Assembly: GCA_002189035.1 (NCBI GenBank)
Contig: NEEC01000007.1
Coordinates: 3,410,001 to 3,474,000 of the forward strand
Length of the DNA: 64,000 nucleotides
From: Utricularia gibba
Taxonomy: Eukaryota > Plantae > Magnoliophyta
Direction: 5' to 3'
The position numbers were made by a program, and so were the translations under genes. The notes beneath the pieces were generated by a model. The model worked only from the letters and a program-made list of their open reading frames with translations, was not told the DNA's origin and did no database searches. Below, piece after piece: positions 11,000 through 23,141 of the stretch (position 1 is its first letter; the number at the start of each line of letters is the position of its first letter).

Positions 11000-13900
11000 A
11001 GAAAGTTTCCCAAAGTTCGAATTTTTAGTAGAAGCCAATGTGAATGTCATGTATATCATGACAAGGAAAACCAAGTGTTGGAAACATGCAACCAGTGAAG
11101 ATCTCCAAACAATCTGAGTTCAAATGTCGTGTACACCAGATGCCCAAAAATTGGATGCGATCAACACTGATGGTTTCATAGAAGTTACCATCTTGGAGAG
11201 TTAACAATGACAAAACATGTTGGGTTGTTGTATCTGAGATTGGCTTATTGGGCGAGCAAGATAATTGAAAGGAGGGAACTCAACCAAAACAACTAAGATT
11301 AGTTGAGAAGTATCTATCCTCTTCTTTCTACCAATAGTTAGAAGAAAGGAAGATGAACAACAAAAGTTTAGGATTCAAAAAAAATTATCCCGTTACAGTT
11401 TTTGGAATGTCTTCTTAAAGAGCATTTCCTCCAAAGACACCATCACCCGTCTCTAATGTGACATGACTACTCGCTTCTTCCTAGTGTAAACTCTGTCCCC
11501 TAGGTGGATCAGACTACTTCTTTTCCTTGTCCCTTCAGGTGCTGTCGGTTCAGCTAAACTATTTGGCGGCGCTATTGTTTCCTTACGTTCCTATTGAGGG
11601 TCTTCTTTTCCTCTAGTGACGAGCTGGTTGTCTCCAACCTTGCACTATTCATTGGGGTTCATCACACTCCACCTCACCTTTAATAATCCTGCCAACTCCA
11701 AAAACGTTCTTGTAATGTGAGCAAATCTTCCCAAGTGGCCTCTACTGACGATTGATTTTTCCAATGCACTAAGACCTCTGGGTGAGCAATTATGCCTCTA
11801 CCATCTAGGATGGCATGAGGGATCAATTTAGCAACCTTGGTGGATGGTGACAGCAAGGATTCACTTGCTTGTCATTTTCCGTTATAAGCCTTCAACCTGG
11901 ACACATGGAAGACAGGGTGAATCTGAACATCTAGGGGTAGGGTGATCTCGTATGCTAATTCCACAACTTTTTCTATATGCGAAAGGGTCCCAAAAATTTT
12001 GGATGCAATTTTGAGTAGCGCATGCCGATTAGAGCTCGATGGTGAGCTAGATGAATCCTAACCCAATCCTGGTCATTCTTGACAAAGGCTACTTGACTAT
12101 GCTTTTGGTTGTAGTATTTACAGATGAATTGTTGACTGGAAAGTAACCGCTCCTTAGCGAGTTTTAATACCTCATCTTTGCTAGGTAACTCCATATCCAC
12201 AGCACCGACTTGTCCTTGCCCATCGTAATGTATCAGTGTTGGAGGAGGGCATCCATAAACTAGCTCAAACGGAGTCATTCCGATCAATGTTTGGTAATTG
12301 GTATTGTACACATATTTTGCCCATGCGAGCCACTATCCCCAATGATTTGGAAAATCACTCTTGAAGCACCTCAATTATGTCTCCTAAATTTTATTAAATG
12401 CTTCAGTCTGTCCATCGAATTGTGGATGATAGGCAGTCATAAAGTGTTGTTACATTCTAGATAACTTGAATAGCTCCTTCCAGAATGCACTAGTGAAGGT
12501 GGGATCATGGTCACTCAATATAGACTCAAGAACCTCATGTAAACGAACTAACACTTCAAAGAAGGTCTTAGCTACTGAAGGTGCCATAGAAGCGTGGGAC
12601 AAGGCTATGAAGTGGCCATATTTGGAGAGGCGATCCACCAATACCAGGATTGTTTTCCGCCCCTTAGAAGCTGGTAGTCCTTCAATGAAGTCTATAGAGA
12701 TTTCGGACCAGATGCGCTCGAGAATGCTTAAGGGTTGCACAACCCCCTTGTTTTAGTTTTTCAGACTTATTTTTTTCACAAGTCATGCAATCGTGCACAT
12801 AGTCTTGTATCTGATTATCCATTCCCTTCTAGAAAAAATCTCGCCGGATAAGGTGTGACATCTTTAGTATACCCTCATGCCCATTGTCATGTAACATCTT
12901 TAGAATCTGGGCTATGCTCTTAGACTCCATGTTTGTAATAAATCAGTTCATTCTGTTCACGCTAGCTACTCCCCCTGGAATTCACCCGCATTTCCTATAG
13001 AATTTGTTGTAGTTCAGGTGTTGTAGACGCTTCCTCCCTTAGGTGGTCAAGTAAGAGTAAGCGCAGGGATGTGATGGTTGAAAGCATCATTTCCTCTCCA
13101 TATTTTCAAAAGAGAGCATCTGTAGACACATTTTCACAACCCTTCTTGTACTCAATGAAATAATCGTATCCCATGAGTTTATTGATCCATTTCTGTTGGA
13201 ATGGTGTACAAATCTTTTGTTGTAACAAATACTGCAAGCTTCGGTGATCTGTTTTGATTTGGAAACTTCTGCCTTAGAGGTAATTTCTCCAATGTTTGAC
13301 AGCATAAACCAGTGCGATGAGCTCCTTTTTATAGGTGGCAAGTGATCAATATCTTTATGCCAACATTTTGTTGTAATAAGCAATCGGATGTCATTCTTGG
13401 TGTAAGACAGCCCCAATACCGTGCTCAGAGTCATTACACTTGACTACAAAGGTCTGGTCGAAGTTAGGGGATGCCAACACTGGGGTTGAGTCCACACTCA
13501 CTTGAGGTTCTCAAAAGCCTCCTTCACGGTGTTATTCAAGACAAAATTTCCTCGTTTGAGCATTACTATCAAAGGGGCTGAAATGCTGCTAAAGTGTGGC
13601 ACAAAGCGTTTGTAGTATCCTGCCAAACCTAGGAATCCCCTCATTTCTCGCGAATTCCGTGGTTTGCTCCAGTGGGGTATAGCATCTATCTTTCATTGGT
13701 CTGCATATATACCTTCCTTGCCGATTTGGTGACCCAGATAATCAACTTTCTCTTGCACAAACAAGCATTTAGAATCCTTGACATAGAGGTGGTGTTCCTT
13801 CAATGTCTGAAATACCAAATGGAGATGCTGTAGATGTTCCTCCCAACTAGGGCTATAGATGAGTATATCATCAAAGAAAACCAGCGTGAATTTCTTCAAA

Positions 13901-14984
13901 TAAGGGCTAAACACAGAGTTTATGAGGTTCTGAAATGTTGCAGGAGCGTTAGTTAACCCAAAGAGCATTAGTAAGAATTCATACTGACCTTCGAATGTTT
14001 GGAATGCAATTTTGTGAACGGATTTTTCATGCATAGGAATTTGATGATACCTAGAGCGGAGATCCAATTTAGAAAAGATATGAGCTCCATTTCACTCGCC
14101 TGTCAGTTCTTCTATGGTTGGGATCGAGAAATGATGTTTCACCTTGATCATGTTTAGAGCTCGGTAATCCATGCATAACCCTCAGCCCCCATCCTTTTTT
14201 GGAACCAGAATCACTAGGGCGGAGAAGGGTGAAGTATTGTTCTAAATCCACCCCTTGTTTAACAACTTCTATACTTGGCTTTCTATCTCAGCTCTCTACT
14301 TCTGCGGATATAATATGGTTTTCGAGGAGTGGGGTTAGATCTGGCTGTCAGATGAATTCTGTGGTCACAGAAGTGATTGGGTGGGAGTCTGACGGGTTCC
14401 TCAAATATTGAATGGTACTGCTTAAGTAATCCTTCCATCATCTGTGTCCAAAACTCCGAGCAGATCGACATGGCGACCCTAAGTTGTTTTGCTGGTGTAT
14501 TATTCATTGTCTCATACCCTTGAATCTTGTGTTTCTGATTCTAGTTTGTGAAGTTGATTTCTTATCACTCAAAATCCCAAGTCACTAGACCAATCATCCT
14601 TAATCAAGTGTATCTCAAAATGCCTGCAAATCCTACTAGTGGTAGCAAGTGGAGATTCATGGTGAAATGGTAGGTTCTTGCTATCATGGGGACTTGTTCG
14701 CAAAGCCCCGAGCAGGTGAGTGATTCACCATTTGCAACCGCTGCTCTCATGCCCTTCTGATATGTGATGGTTACTCCCAGCTTATGAGCTACCGAATCCT
14801 GTAAGAAATTATGAGTACTACCAGAATCAATTAGGAGTAAGAGGGGGTGTTTCTTCACATCAATCTCTATTAGCATGAGCTGGTTTGTTGGGGAATGGTT
14901 CAGCTGGCCGGTAAGTGCTTTAAGGGAAACTCGAATTTGGGAATTTACAAATTCCTACTGAGGGTCTTTTTCTCCTCTAGTGAC
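11000..14984 (-). mobile_element. Degenerate Ty3/gypsy chromovirus (Reina-like): PR-RT-RH-INT-chromodomain and 3' LTR; gag missing
   Basis: PR LIDSGSTHNFL (14604-14876); RT DLRSRYHQI..FFDDILIYS (13693-14067); INT ISIDFIEGLP..VDRLSKYGHF (12450-12740); GMTPFELVYG..KFLGPF (11973-12311). Chromodomain EVLVHW..EATWED at ~11720-11790. PPT then TGTGATG at 11666. Many stops and frameshifts; the distal LTR end is approximate. Confidence 0.85.
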
Positions 14985-15412
14985 AAAAACATTTTATATC
15001 TTTTGTTATATCTTCAAAGCTTAAACCATAGCTCAACAGAAGTGCAAGTATTCTGGTTCCAAACCCACAACAAATTTGGGAATTTACAAAGGATCAAACT
15101 CATAAACGAGTTTTATGATACTAGATATGATGTACTCAAATCTTGTGAACGAACATATTTGTAACACCATGCATGCAAGGTCCCCTTAGCCTTCAAAAAA
15201 ACTTAATTATTGAAATTTGATTTAAGAATCTTATATTCAAAAGATTTTTGAATAATCAATTAAATTATTCCAAATTTTAAAAACATAAATAATATTTAAT
15301 AAATATATTTTAAATTTAATGTCAAAAAATTTAGAATACATGAAATTTGTAATAAAATCTGAATACATTATGTATTATTTTTTTAAAAAAATTCTTTACC
15401 CAGCGCTGTAAT

Positions 15413-15450
15413 TGGGCCATTCCCTGATCGTGTCTAAGTTGGATTGGGCC
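15413..15450 (+). promoter_or_regulatory. Two site II elements (TGGGCC) upstream of HIG1
   Basis: TGGGCC at 15413-15418 and 15445-15450. Site II motifs are established in promoters of nuclear genes for mitochondrial respiratory proteins. Confidence 0.5.
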
Positions 15451-15710
15451 ACACTGAAGTGGCGCATATCTCGCACCGGTTTACACTTCGTGCCGTGTTG
15501 CATTTCATCCCCTGGCGTCCGCGCAAACAGCTACTCTTCTGAGTTGTGGTACGCCAAATGGCATTGGAGTTGAACAGTAATCCGCCTTCTCCAAGCTTCA
15601 ATAATGGTTTTCATCCAGAGAATAAGGAAAGAATTCTGTGTGAAGGTTGAGATTGGGGTAATGGGCCTTTTCACTCTTTAACTGGATATCTATCTGAAAA
15701 CTTACTTTGA

Positions 15711-16395
15711 ATGGAGGAGGTAAGGAGCCAGGTAAATCCGCATTGAAGGTGTATGTAGGACCTTCCATGGTTATGCTTCATTTTGATGTTCAGTGGATTG
15801 GGCTTTCATTTTCTGTTCTGTAATATGAAGAAAATGGTTCGGCAGAGTTTTGTAATATGAGTTATCTCCGTTGTCCCATCAAATGATTGGGTTTTGTCTC
15901 CTTGATCCTTTATCAGATAGGTACTTTGGCTGCAGATGAAGAGACATTTTTTGAGGAGAAGAGGCGTGTTCGGGATCCTCTTGTGCCGCTCTGTAAGACT
16001 TGTTTTTAACTCGAAGGTTCTAGTACCGTAAGATTGGTTGTAATCTCTTTTTTTTTTTTATCTTCAATGACTTCTGATAAAAATCATTATATTCAGGCTG
16101 AATGTATACTGACATATGCCTTATGCAGCATAGGTAGCACGCCATGTTTGGTATAAGCTTGCTACATGGCTGCATGCTTGCCCCTTGAAGTTTGAATTCC
16201 TTAGCAACAAAACAAAGAACCTAATCCTGCTTTCTTCAATGGCATTTGCTTTTTTCCTCTAGGTGCTTACGGCTGGTTTGATTAGTTTCAAACATGGGAA
16301 TTCCGCAGTGGGGCAGAAACTAATGGGAGCCAGTGTTGTGGCACAAGGAGCAACCCTCGCCCTCGCGGTCGGGGACAGCTTATTGTTATGGCTAA
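15711..16395 (+). pseudogene. HIG1-domain (hypoxia-induced, RCF1/HIGD2-like) gene with broken reading frame
   Basis: Exons 15711-15719 (MEE), 15917-15992 (..FFEEKRRVRDPLVPL) and 16263-16395 (VLTAGLISFKHGNS..QKLM..VVAQGATLAL). The exon 2/3 phase does not match and the GALLTAG-like segment is absent. An extra G at 16371-16374 shifts GTAYCYG* out of frame. Confidence 0.75.
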
Positions 16396-17824
16396 ACATC
16401 TAAATCCTGGGAAAAGCAAAGACGATCCTCAGCTGGTACCGCTCATACGCAGCATCTGTTGCACCTCTTCTCTTTGAATAACATCACTCCTCCCATGCCT
16501 CTCCGAGGTTCAGAGCAGAATACTGCTATCCATTTTGTTGGAGCTGTGACCCTTTTGGAACTCCGAAGGTGATGTGTTTTGCCAGTAAACGAAAAATGAT
16601 GTTGCAGCAGCAACTGGTTTGGATTACACAAGACCTCTCCCATCCATCTTCCAACACAAGACGAGTAAAGTGGCTCCATCACGCAGCGTAGACAAGCAAA
16701 TTTGGGTAGTAGTGTTGATTGAGATGGGCGAGTCCACTAGAGCTGTCCTTGCCTGTGGATGCAATGGCAATGGCAATGGCCAGGGTGACCAAAACAATGA
16801 ACAATGGGAGGTCCCCAAATTTAAGGCTGTTTTCAAGTTTCGAAGACCCTGAGACAATGCTGCTGCCATCATTGATGGGCTGTGGCTCCATTATAAATTC
16901 CCATCTGGTCCCTCACTCGGCTTCATTCTCTCCCTCCAACCCCCAATTCCTTTTGTATCGAACCCTAATTCCAAGATACTGCTGCTGCTGCCCCGCCCCC
17001 CTTCTTCTTCTCTGTGGGCATGGACCACCCCAAAAAAGAAGTGTATAAAGCGCAGTTATCCACTGGAGGAAAGTGCATCTCCTTCCTTTGGAACATTCAC
17101 CCGAGATGCAAATTCCTTCCTCACACCTTTTTATCATTCAACTTTGCACGTAAAATGAAGATTCGACATCATCACCAAAATGAATTTATTAAAATTGAGA
17201 CACACATGCACTCATTTTTATCATTAGTACCAGGTTTCTTCCTCCATCCACACGGTAATAACAAGCGTACTGTAAAAGTACGAGTACTTAAGCTCCAGAG
17301 AAGACCTGATCACGAAGACAAACGCTAAGAAAGTACGACTACTTTAGTAAAGACATTCATTCCCAGATGGTGATTACCCGCAAAAGGGAATGTTCCTTTT
17401 TCATAACTGCAGTGGCTAACTGCTTCCATTCCCATTCATTTGATGCCATTGACTCGTTGAAGGGAATGAATATACCGCAAGTTAAGCTGGTTTTACACAG
17501 AGACTCACACTAAAAGATCCAAATCATGCTACCCAAAGTAGGCGATCATGCGTTGTTAAGGTTTTGGTGTTGCGCTCAGCGACGTCTTGTACAGTAGGGG
17601 ACTAAAGGAGAATGCTGCTTTAAAATGAATTGCCGCATATGCGTAGGGGCCTTGTCATTCCCACCTAAAAATAGTCTCTCTTCATTAAAGGGCCTGCATA
17701 TGCTGCGCTCTCTCGTTGTTTTTTCTATTCTACTCTCCAGGATTTCTTATTTCTCTCTCGCTTTCCACTTTCTGCTGTTGAGGAAAGACTTGCTCTGTTC
17801 ACATTTCTTACAGAAAAGGAGAGG

Positions 17825-20758
17825 ATGGCAAGGCTGGTGATCGAAGTCCATGATGCTAGTGATCTCATGCCTAAGGATGGCCATGGGAGTGCAAGCCCTT
17901 TTGTGGAAGTTGGGTTTGGATTGCAGCATCGCAAGACTTCGACCAAGTACAGCACACTCAATCCTTCTTGGAACGAGAAGCTTGTGTTCAATCTCAGGAA
18001 TCCCAGAGACTTGGCCTCTCAGATGATTGAGGTTTATGTGTACAATGATAGCAAGCATGGCCAGCCCAAGAACTTTCTTGGGAAGGTTCGAATATCAGGG
18101 TTGTCGGTTTTTTCAGAACAAGAAGCTGCGGTTCAGAGGTATCCCCTTGAGAAGAGGGGTATTTTTTCTCATGTGAAAGGTGATATTGCACTGAGAGTTT
18201 ATGTATTGCATGGTAGCAGTAACGATGACGTGATGAACAGAGGTGAAGATGGTTATCTACCTGGCCGTAGAAGTGGGGGTATATTGAAAAAGGGCAACAC
18301 TTTTGCCTACGGTGGTGACAGGAGTAAGAGTAAGGAAAGAGTTTTGAGAACATTTTACTCACTGGGAAGTGACACTGCTTCAATGGGGTCTTACAGTGAT
18401 ATTGGAAACAATGAAATTGTCCCTTCAGGCTCATCCTTGTTGCAGACGTTGGTTCCTGGGCAGAAGACAGACTACGGCGTTATCGAGACTCGGCCGCCTT
18501 TGGCTGCGAGGATGGGGTTCTGGGGCAGGGACAAGACTGCAAGCACTTACGATATGGTGGAGCAGATGAAGTTCTTGTATGTCAGAGTTGTGAAGGCTGC
18601 TGATCTTCCAGTGATGGATGTTTCCGGTAGTCTTGATCCTTACGTGGAGGTGAAAGTTGGCAACTACAAAGGGGTGACACCACACTTCGAAAAGAATCGA
18701 AATCCGGTGTGGGAACGGACTTTCGCCTTTTCGAAAGAGAGACTGCAGAGCAGCTTGATAGAGATCTTTGTGAAGGATAAGGATCTGTCCAAAGATGATT
18801 TTGTTGGGAAGATTGTATTCGACGTACCGGAGGTGCCAGAGCGTGTTCCGCCGGATAGTCCTCTAGCTCCTCAGTGGTACAAATTGGTTGACAAGAATGG
18901 GGAGTTGCTCAAAAGGGGTGATATTATGCTTGCAATCTGGATGGGGACTCAAGCTGATGAAGCCTTCCCTGAGGCTTGGCATTCTGATGCTCACAGTGTG
19001 GATCAGGATAGCATGATGACTACAAGATCCAAAGTATACTTCACACCAAGATTGTATTATCTCCGAGTGCAGGTCCTTGCGGCTCAAGATCTCGTTCCCG
19101 CCGATGAATCTCGGCCCTTGGACCCCATTGTCAGAGTGGAACTTGGAAATCAGGGCAGGACAACGAGGCCTGCAACAACCAAGGGTAGCAATCCTGAGTG
19201 GAATGACGAACTTATGTATGTAGCTTGGGAGCCTCTCGATGAGTACGTCGTCGTAAGCGTCGAGGACAGCGATATCGTCATCGGAAGAGTCCTGATACCA
19301 GTTAGAAATGTTCCGCAGAGAGTGGAAACTAAGAAGCCAACTGATGCTTTATGGTATGGGCTTCAAAGGCCATCCTACGTTGAGGCAGAAGGAGGAGAGA
19401 AGAAGGACAAGTTTGCTAGCCGAATTCTTCTTCGAATGTCGATAGATTCCGGTTACCACGTTTTGGATGAGTCCACACAGTTCAGCAGTGATCTCCAGCC
19501 GTCATCTGGTCAGCTGAGGAAGAAGAGCATCGGGATACTTGAAGTTGGCATCCTCGGTGCTAGAAATCTTCTTCCCATGAAGGCAAAAGATGGGAAGCTT
19601 ACTGATGCATACTGTGTCGCCAAGTATGGGAACAAATGGGTGAGAACCAGAACACTACTGAACAACCTGAACCCCCTCTGGAATGAGCAGTACACTTGGG
19701 AAGTGTACGATCCATGTACCGTGATCACCATCGGGGTTTTCGACAACTGCCATGTTAACGGAAATGATGAAGCCAAGGATCAGAAGATTGGGAAAGTTAG
19801 AATCAGAATCTCCACTTTGGAAACTGATAGAGTATACACTCATGCTTACTCACTGCTGGTTCTTACTCCCTCTGGCTTGAAGAAACATGGGGAACTCCAC
19901 CTGGCAATACGCTTCACCTGCACATCTTGGGGGCACATGCTAGCACAGTATGGTAAACCGCTGCTACCGAAGATGAACTATGCGATGCCGATATCGATCA
20001 AGCACGTGGACTTGCTACGCCATCTAGCCATGACTGTAGTAGCGGGAAAGCTTGCTAGAGCAGAGCCACCACTGGGAGGTGAAGTTGTGGAGTACATGAT
20101 GGATGTGGAGTACCATATGTTTAGTCTCAGAAGAAGCAAAGCAAACTTCCACCGCATCATGATACTCATCTCCAGTATACAATCCATCGGAGCCTGGCTT
20201 CACAGTGTTTGCAGATGGGAGAATCCCATAACCACACTCCTGATGCACATCCTCTTTCTGGTACTAGTCTTCTACCCAGAGCTTATTCTCTCCACGATCT
20301 TCCTTTACCTCTTTTCAATCGGCATATGGAACTATGCCTCGAGGCCTCGAATCCCTTCCCATATGGATGCACAGCTTTCTCAAGCAGAGTCAGCGAACCC
20401 AGATGAACTGGATGAGGAATTTGACACATTCCCAACTTCTAAACCAACTGATCTTGTTAAAATGAGATATGACAGGTTGAGAAGTGTTGCTGGGAGAGTT
20501 CAGAGTGCGCTTACAGATTTGGCAACACAGGCAGAAAGAGCACTTGCACTGCTCAGTTGGAGAGATCCAAGAGCAACAACTATTTTTATAGTGTTTGCAG
20601 TGATCATGGCAGTGTTCCTTTATGTTACTCCCTTTCAAGCTGTTGCTCTAATCACTGGTCTTTATCTGCTGCGCCATCCCAGGCTCAGGTACAAGCTGCC
20701 CCCTGCACCTGTAAACTTCTTCAAAAGATTGCCTGCCAGGTCAGATTCTCTTCTCTGA
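17825..20758 (+). CDS. MCTP: Multiple C2-domain and transmembrane protein (MCTP / FT-interacting protein family), intronless, 977 aa
   Basis: Four C2 domains (DPYVEVK, DAYCVAKYG, STYDMVEQM) and a C-terminal PRT_C region (HMDAQLS, PDELDEEFDTFP, RYDRLRSVAGR, SWRDPRAT). Confidence 0.97.
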   Translation: MARLVIEVHDASDLMPKDGHGSASPFVEVGFGLQHRKTSTKYSTLNPSWNEKLVFNLRNPRDLASQMIEVYVYNDSKHGQPKNFLGKVRISGLSVFSEQEAAVQRYPLEKRGIFSHVKGDIALRVYVLHGSSNDDVMNRGEDGYLPGRRSGGILKKGNTFAYGGDRSKSKERVLRTFYSLGSDTASMGSYSDIGNNEIVPSGSSLLQTLVPGQKTDYGVIETRPPLAARMGFWGRDKTASTYDMVEQMKFLYVRVVKAADLPVMDVSGSLDPYVEVKVGNYKGVTPHFEKNRNPVWERTFAFSKERLQSSLIEIFVKDKDLSKDDFVGKIVFDVPEVPERVPPDSPLAPQWYKLVDKNGELLKRGDIMLAIWMGTQADEAFPEAWHSDAHSVDQDSMMTTRSKVYFTPRLYYLRVQVLAAQDLVPADESRPLDPIVRVELGNQGRTTRPATTKGSNPEWNDELMYVAWEPLDEYVVVSVEDSDIVIGRVLIPVRNVPQRVETKKPTDALWYGLQRPSYVEAEGGEKKDKFASRILLRMSIDSGYHVLDESTQFSSDLQPSSGQLRKKSIGILEVGILGARNLLPMKAKDGKLTDAYCVAKYGNKWVRTRTLLNNLNPLWNEQYTWEVYDPCTVITIGVFDNCHVNGNDEAKDQKIGKVRIRISTLETDRVYTHAYSLLVLTPSGLKKHGELHLAIRFTCTSWGHMLAQYGKPLLPKMNYAMPISIKHVDLLRHLAMTVVAGKLARAEPPLGGEVVEYMMDVEYHMFSLRRSKANFHRIMILISSIQSIGAWLHSVCRWENPITTLLMHILFLVLVFYPELILSTIFLYLFSIGIWNYASRPRIPSHMDAQLSQAESANPDELDEEFDTFPTSKPTDLVKMRYDRLRSVAGRVQSALTDLATQAERALALLSWRDPRATTIFIVFAVIMAVFLYVTPFQAVALITGLYLLRHPRLRYKLPPAPVNFFKRLPARSDSLL

Positions 20759-21442
20759 ATGGAACAAACAAAGAAGCAACCAGATTCAGAACAAAAGTCC
20801 ATCCGTGTGTTGCAGTTCTTTTTCCTTTCCTTTTTCTGTACTGATACCAAAAGTTACATGTATTGTGAAACAAGATGCAGCACTATTCAAATCAAATAAA
20901 ACCGATTTATTAAGAGATAAAAAAAACCCTAAATTGAAACCAAAATTTAGGAAGCGATGTGCAAAAAAACTTGACCTCATGTAATGCAAGATTTGAAGTC
21001 ATATCATTACAAGTCTGTGATGAGGTAATATGGAATTTTCATGGCTGTTATTGGATACGTACACGATTGTGCATAAAGATGACTGGATGTTTGTGAGATA
21101 AATTCCAGCCTCGAAGATTAAAAAAAAAAAAGAACTCCGTTTTGCCCACTTGCCAACCACGATTCCTATTGGCGTTTTATAAAATTTGGTTCTTGGAATA
21201 TTGGGGTCACGTAGATGAACTCTTCTTCTCCGTCTGTGGCAGCCATGGAACGTCCCTGTGTTCGTTCTGTCTTATAATTCTTGATTTCCCCAGAAAGGTG
21301 CGTCTTCTCAAGATTCATCGTGCTTTGAATTTTCCAAGGTTTTGTGGAATTGGGGGGGATCACCGTTTATTATTTCGATTTGGGTCGGCTTCGGTAGTGC
21401 TGGTGTAGTTTTATCTAGGTTCTTTCCACGCGTTTGGATTAC

Positions 21443-22708
21443 ATGGGTAGTGGGTTTGTTGGAAGAAGCTTGGATACTATCAGGAAGAAGAAAAGATGGA
21501 TACTTTGGATGGGGGTGATCGGATTTTCAAGTTATGGTGCGTACAAAGTCTATCATATGCCTTCTGTTGCTCGGAAGAGGAAGAGAATCTCGAAATTGCT
21601 TGCATCCCTAGTTTCAGTGGCTGAAATGGTAACTGATTCTGCTGAGACTGTAGCTCTAGTTTCAAGGGATATCAAGGACTTCCTGAGTTCTGACGCAGAC
21701 GAATTACCCAATAGTCTGAAGCAATTGTCTAAGATTGCTCGGTCTGAAGAGTTCTCCAACGTTGCGGTCACTGTATCTCAGGCCATGACAGTTGGGATTT
21801 TAAGAGGCTGTAGAGGGGAAAATGACAACAGCGGGATTACTGCGCGAAGTGATGGATCAACATTTCCAGATAGAGTTGTTGATAAACTGATGTCAAGTGC
21901 TGGGACAGGGTTTGTCTCAGTTGTTGTTGGTAGCTTTGCGAGGAACTTGGTTTTAGGTTTCTGTGGGAATGGTGGAATGGACAAGAGGTTGAGTGAAGAT
22001 AGCTGGTTTGGATTGGATAATGAGAAGTCGTTGCCTTCATGGATACGAGTGTTGTCGGATGATCGGTCCAAATTGTTCGTCGCTGATTGTATCAAGACGT
22101 TTGTCAGCACCGCGGTTGCGGTTTATCTTGACAAAACAATGCATATCAACTTCATAGATGACGTGCTCAGTACTGTGACTGATCCTAAGCATCAGAACAA
22201 GGTGACTGATCTTTTGGTAGCTCTCTCCAACGGGGCTGTCGAAACACTTGTCAAGACTTCCCATGAAGTGCTCACCGCTTCAAAGCGAAGCCCCACTTTC
22301 CATTCCAATCACTCGGTGTCCGTTCTTGATGACAGTGATAATGAATCAGCAAATGGGGAGGAAAAGCTGGGGGTCGAGACAGAACCTTTTCAAAGAACAG
22401 GGATGAATAATGGGTACAGTGATCTGGAGAGCAACGGATGGATAAGCAGTGTTTCATCGACCCTCACCGTCCCAAGCAACCGGAAGTTTCTGCTTGATGT
22501 CACCGGAAGGGTGGCCTTCGAGACGGTCAGGTCGATGACTCAGCTCCTCTGGTCCAAAATCTCTGAAACCATGAAAACAAATCTGCACGTGAAGAGAGGA
22601 TTTGAGGTTGTGAGTTATGTTGGCGCCAAGTCTTTGGTTGTGCTCACCGTATGCCTTGCGCTGCTTCTGCACATCATTGGCGACTCTCGAGCTCTTGTTC
22701 TACTCTGA
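21443..22708 (+). CDS. PHLOEM PROTEIN 2-LIKE A10-type protein, intronless (ATG at 21443)
   Basis: GFSSYGAYKVYHMPSVARKRKR..SVAEMVTDSAET..LPNSLKQLSKIARSEEF; GTGFVSVVVGSFARNLV; FVSTAVAVYLDKTMHINF. Family recognised from memory. Confidence 0.85.
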   Translation: MGSGFVGRSLDTIRKKKRWILWMGVIGFSSYGAYKVYHMPSVARKRKRISKLLASLVSVAEMVTDSAETVALVSRDIKDFLSSDADELPNSLKQLSKIARSEEFSNVAVTVSQAMTVGILRGCRGENDNSGITARSDGSTFPDRVVDKLMSSAGTGFVSVVVGSFARNLVLGFCGNGGMDKRLSEDSWFGLDNEKSLPSWIRVLSDDRSKLFVADCIKTFVSTAVAVYLDKTMHINFIDDVLSTVTDPKHQNKVTDLLVALSNGAVETLVKTSHEVLTASKRSPTFHSNHSVSVLDDSDNESANGEEKLGVETEPFQRTGMNNGYSDLESNGWISSVSSTLTVPSNRKFLLDVTGRVAFETVRSMTQLLWSKISETMKTNLHVKRGFEVVSYVGAKSLVVLTVCLALLLHIIGDSRALVLL

Positions 22709-23141
22709 GGATGCGTCCAGATCCATGACGTAGAGGGTCGTAGCCATTGTCCAGATTCTTCAGTAAGTACAGGAAGCAAAGAAAGATTGAATTCCAATTG
22801 CAAATACAAAACTACTGGAGCTACTGCAACTGGGTTCTTTTAGAGCTGAAGGAGAGGCCATATTTTAAATTTTCAAATAATTAAATGTTCATATGCAAAG
22901 TAGTTCTATTAAAAAAAACCACAAACACACACACAAATATCAATTCATTATCATGGCTGTCAGGGTGTGTGCGCTTTAGAAAGCTCTGTTGGTAGTGGTG
23001 ACTGGAGCCAAAGAAAACCGTCCAATTGGAAGATTCTCATGCCGTACGCTGCCACGTGTGGTGTTATTGCAGTCAACTCGAAGTGCGAAATATAAGAATT
23101 TAGTCTGCGAATCTCGGTGGTGTTTCCGATTCAGGTTCAAG

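Noticed and set aside
16800-17000. YLGIRVRYKRNWG and LKTALNLGTSH resembling AP2-domain motifs
   Set aside because: They are in different frames with the wrong spacing, and the WLGTF/AARAYD core is absent.
17994-20638. Many 60-146 aa minus-strand ORFs
   Set aside because: Antisense shadows of the long MCTP ORF.
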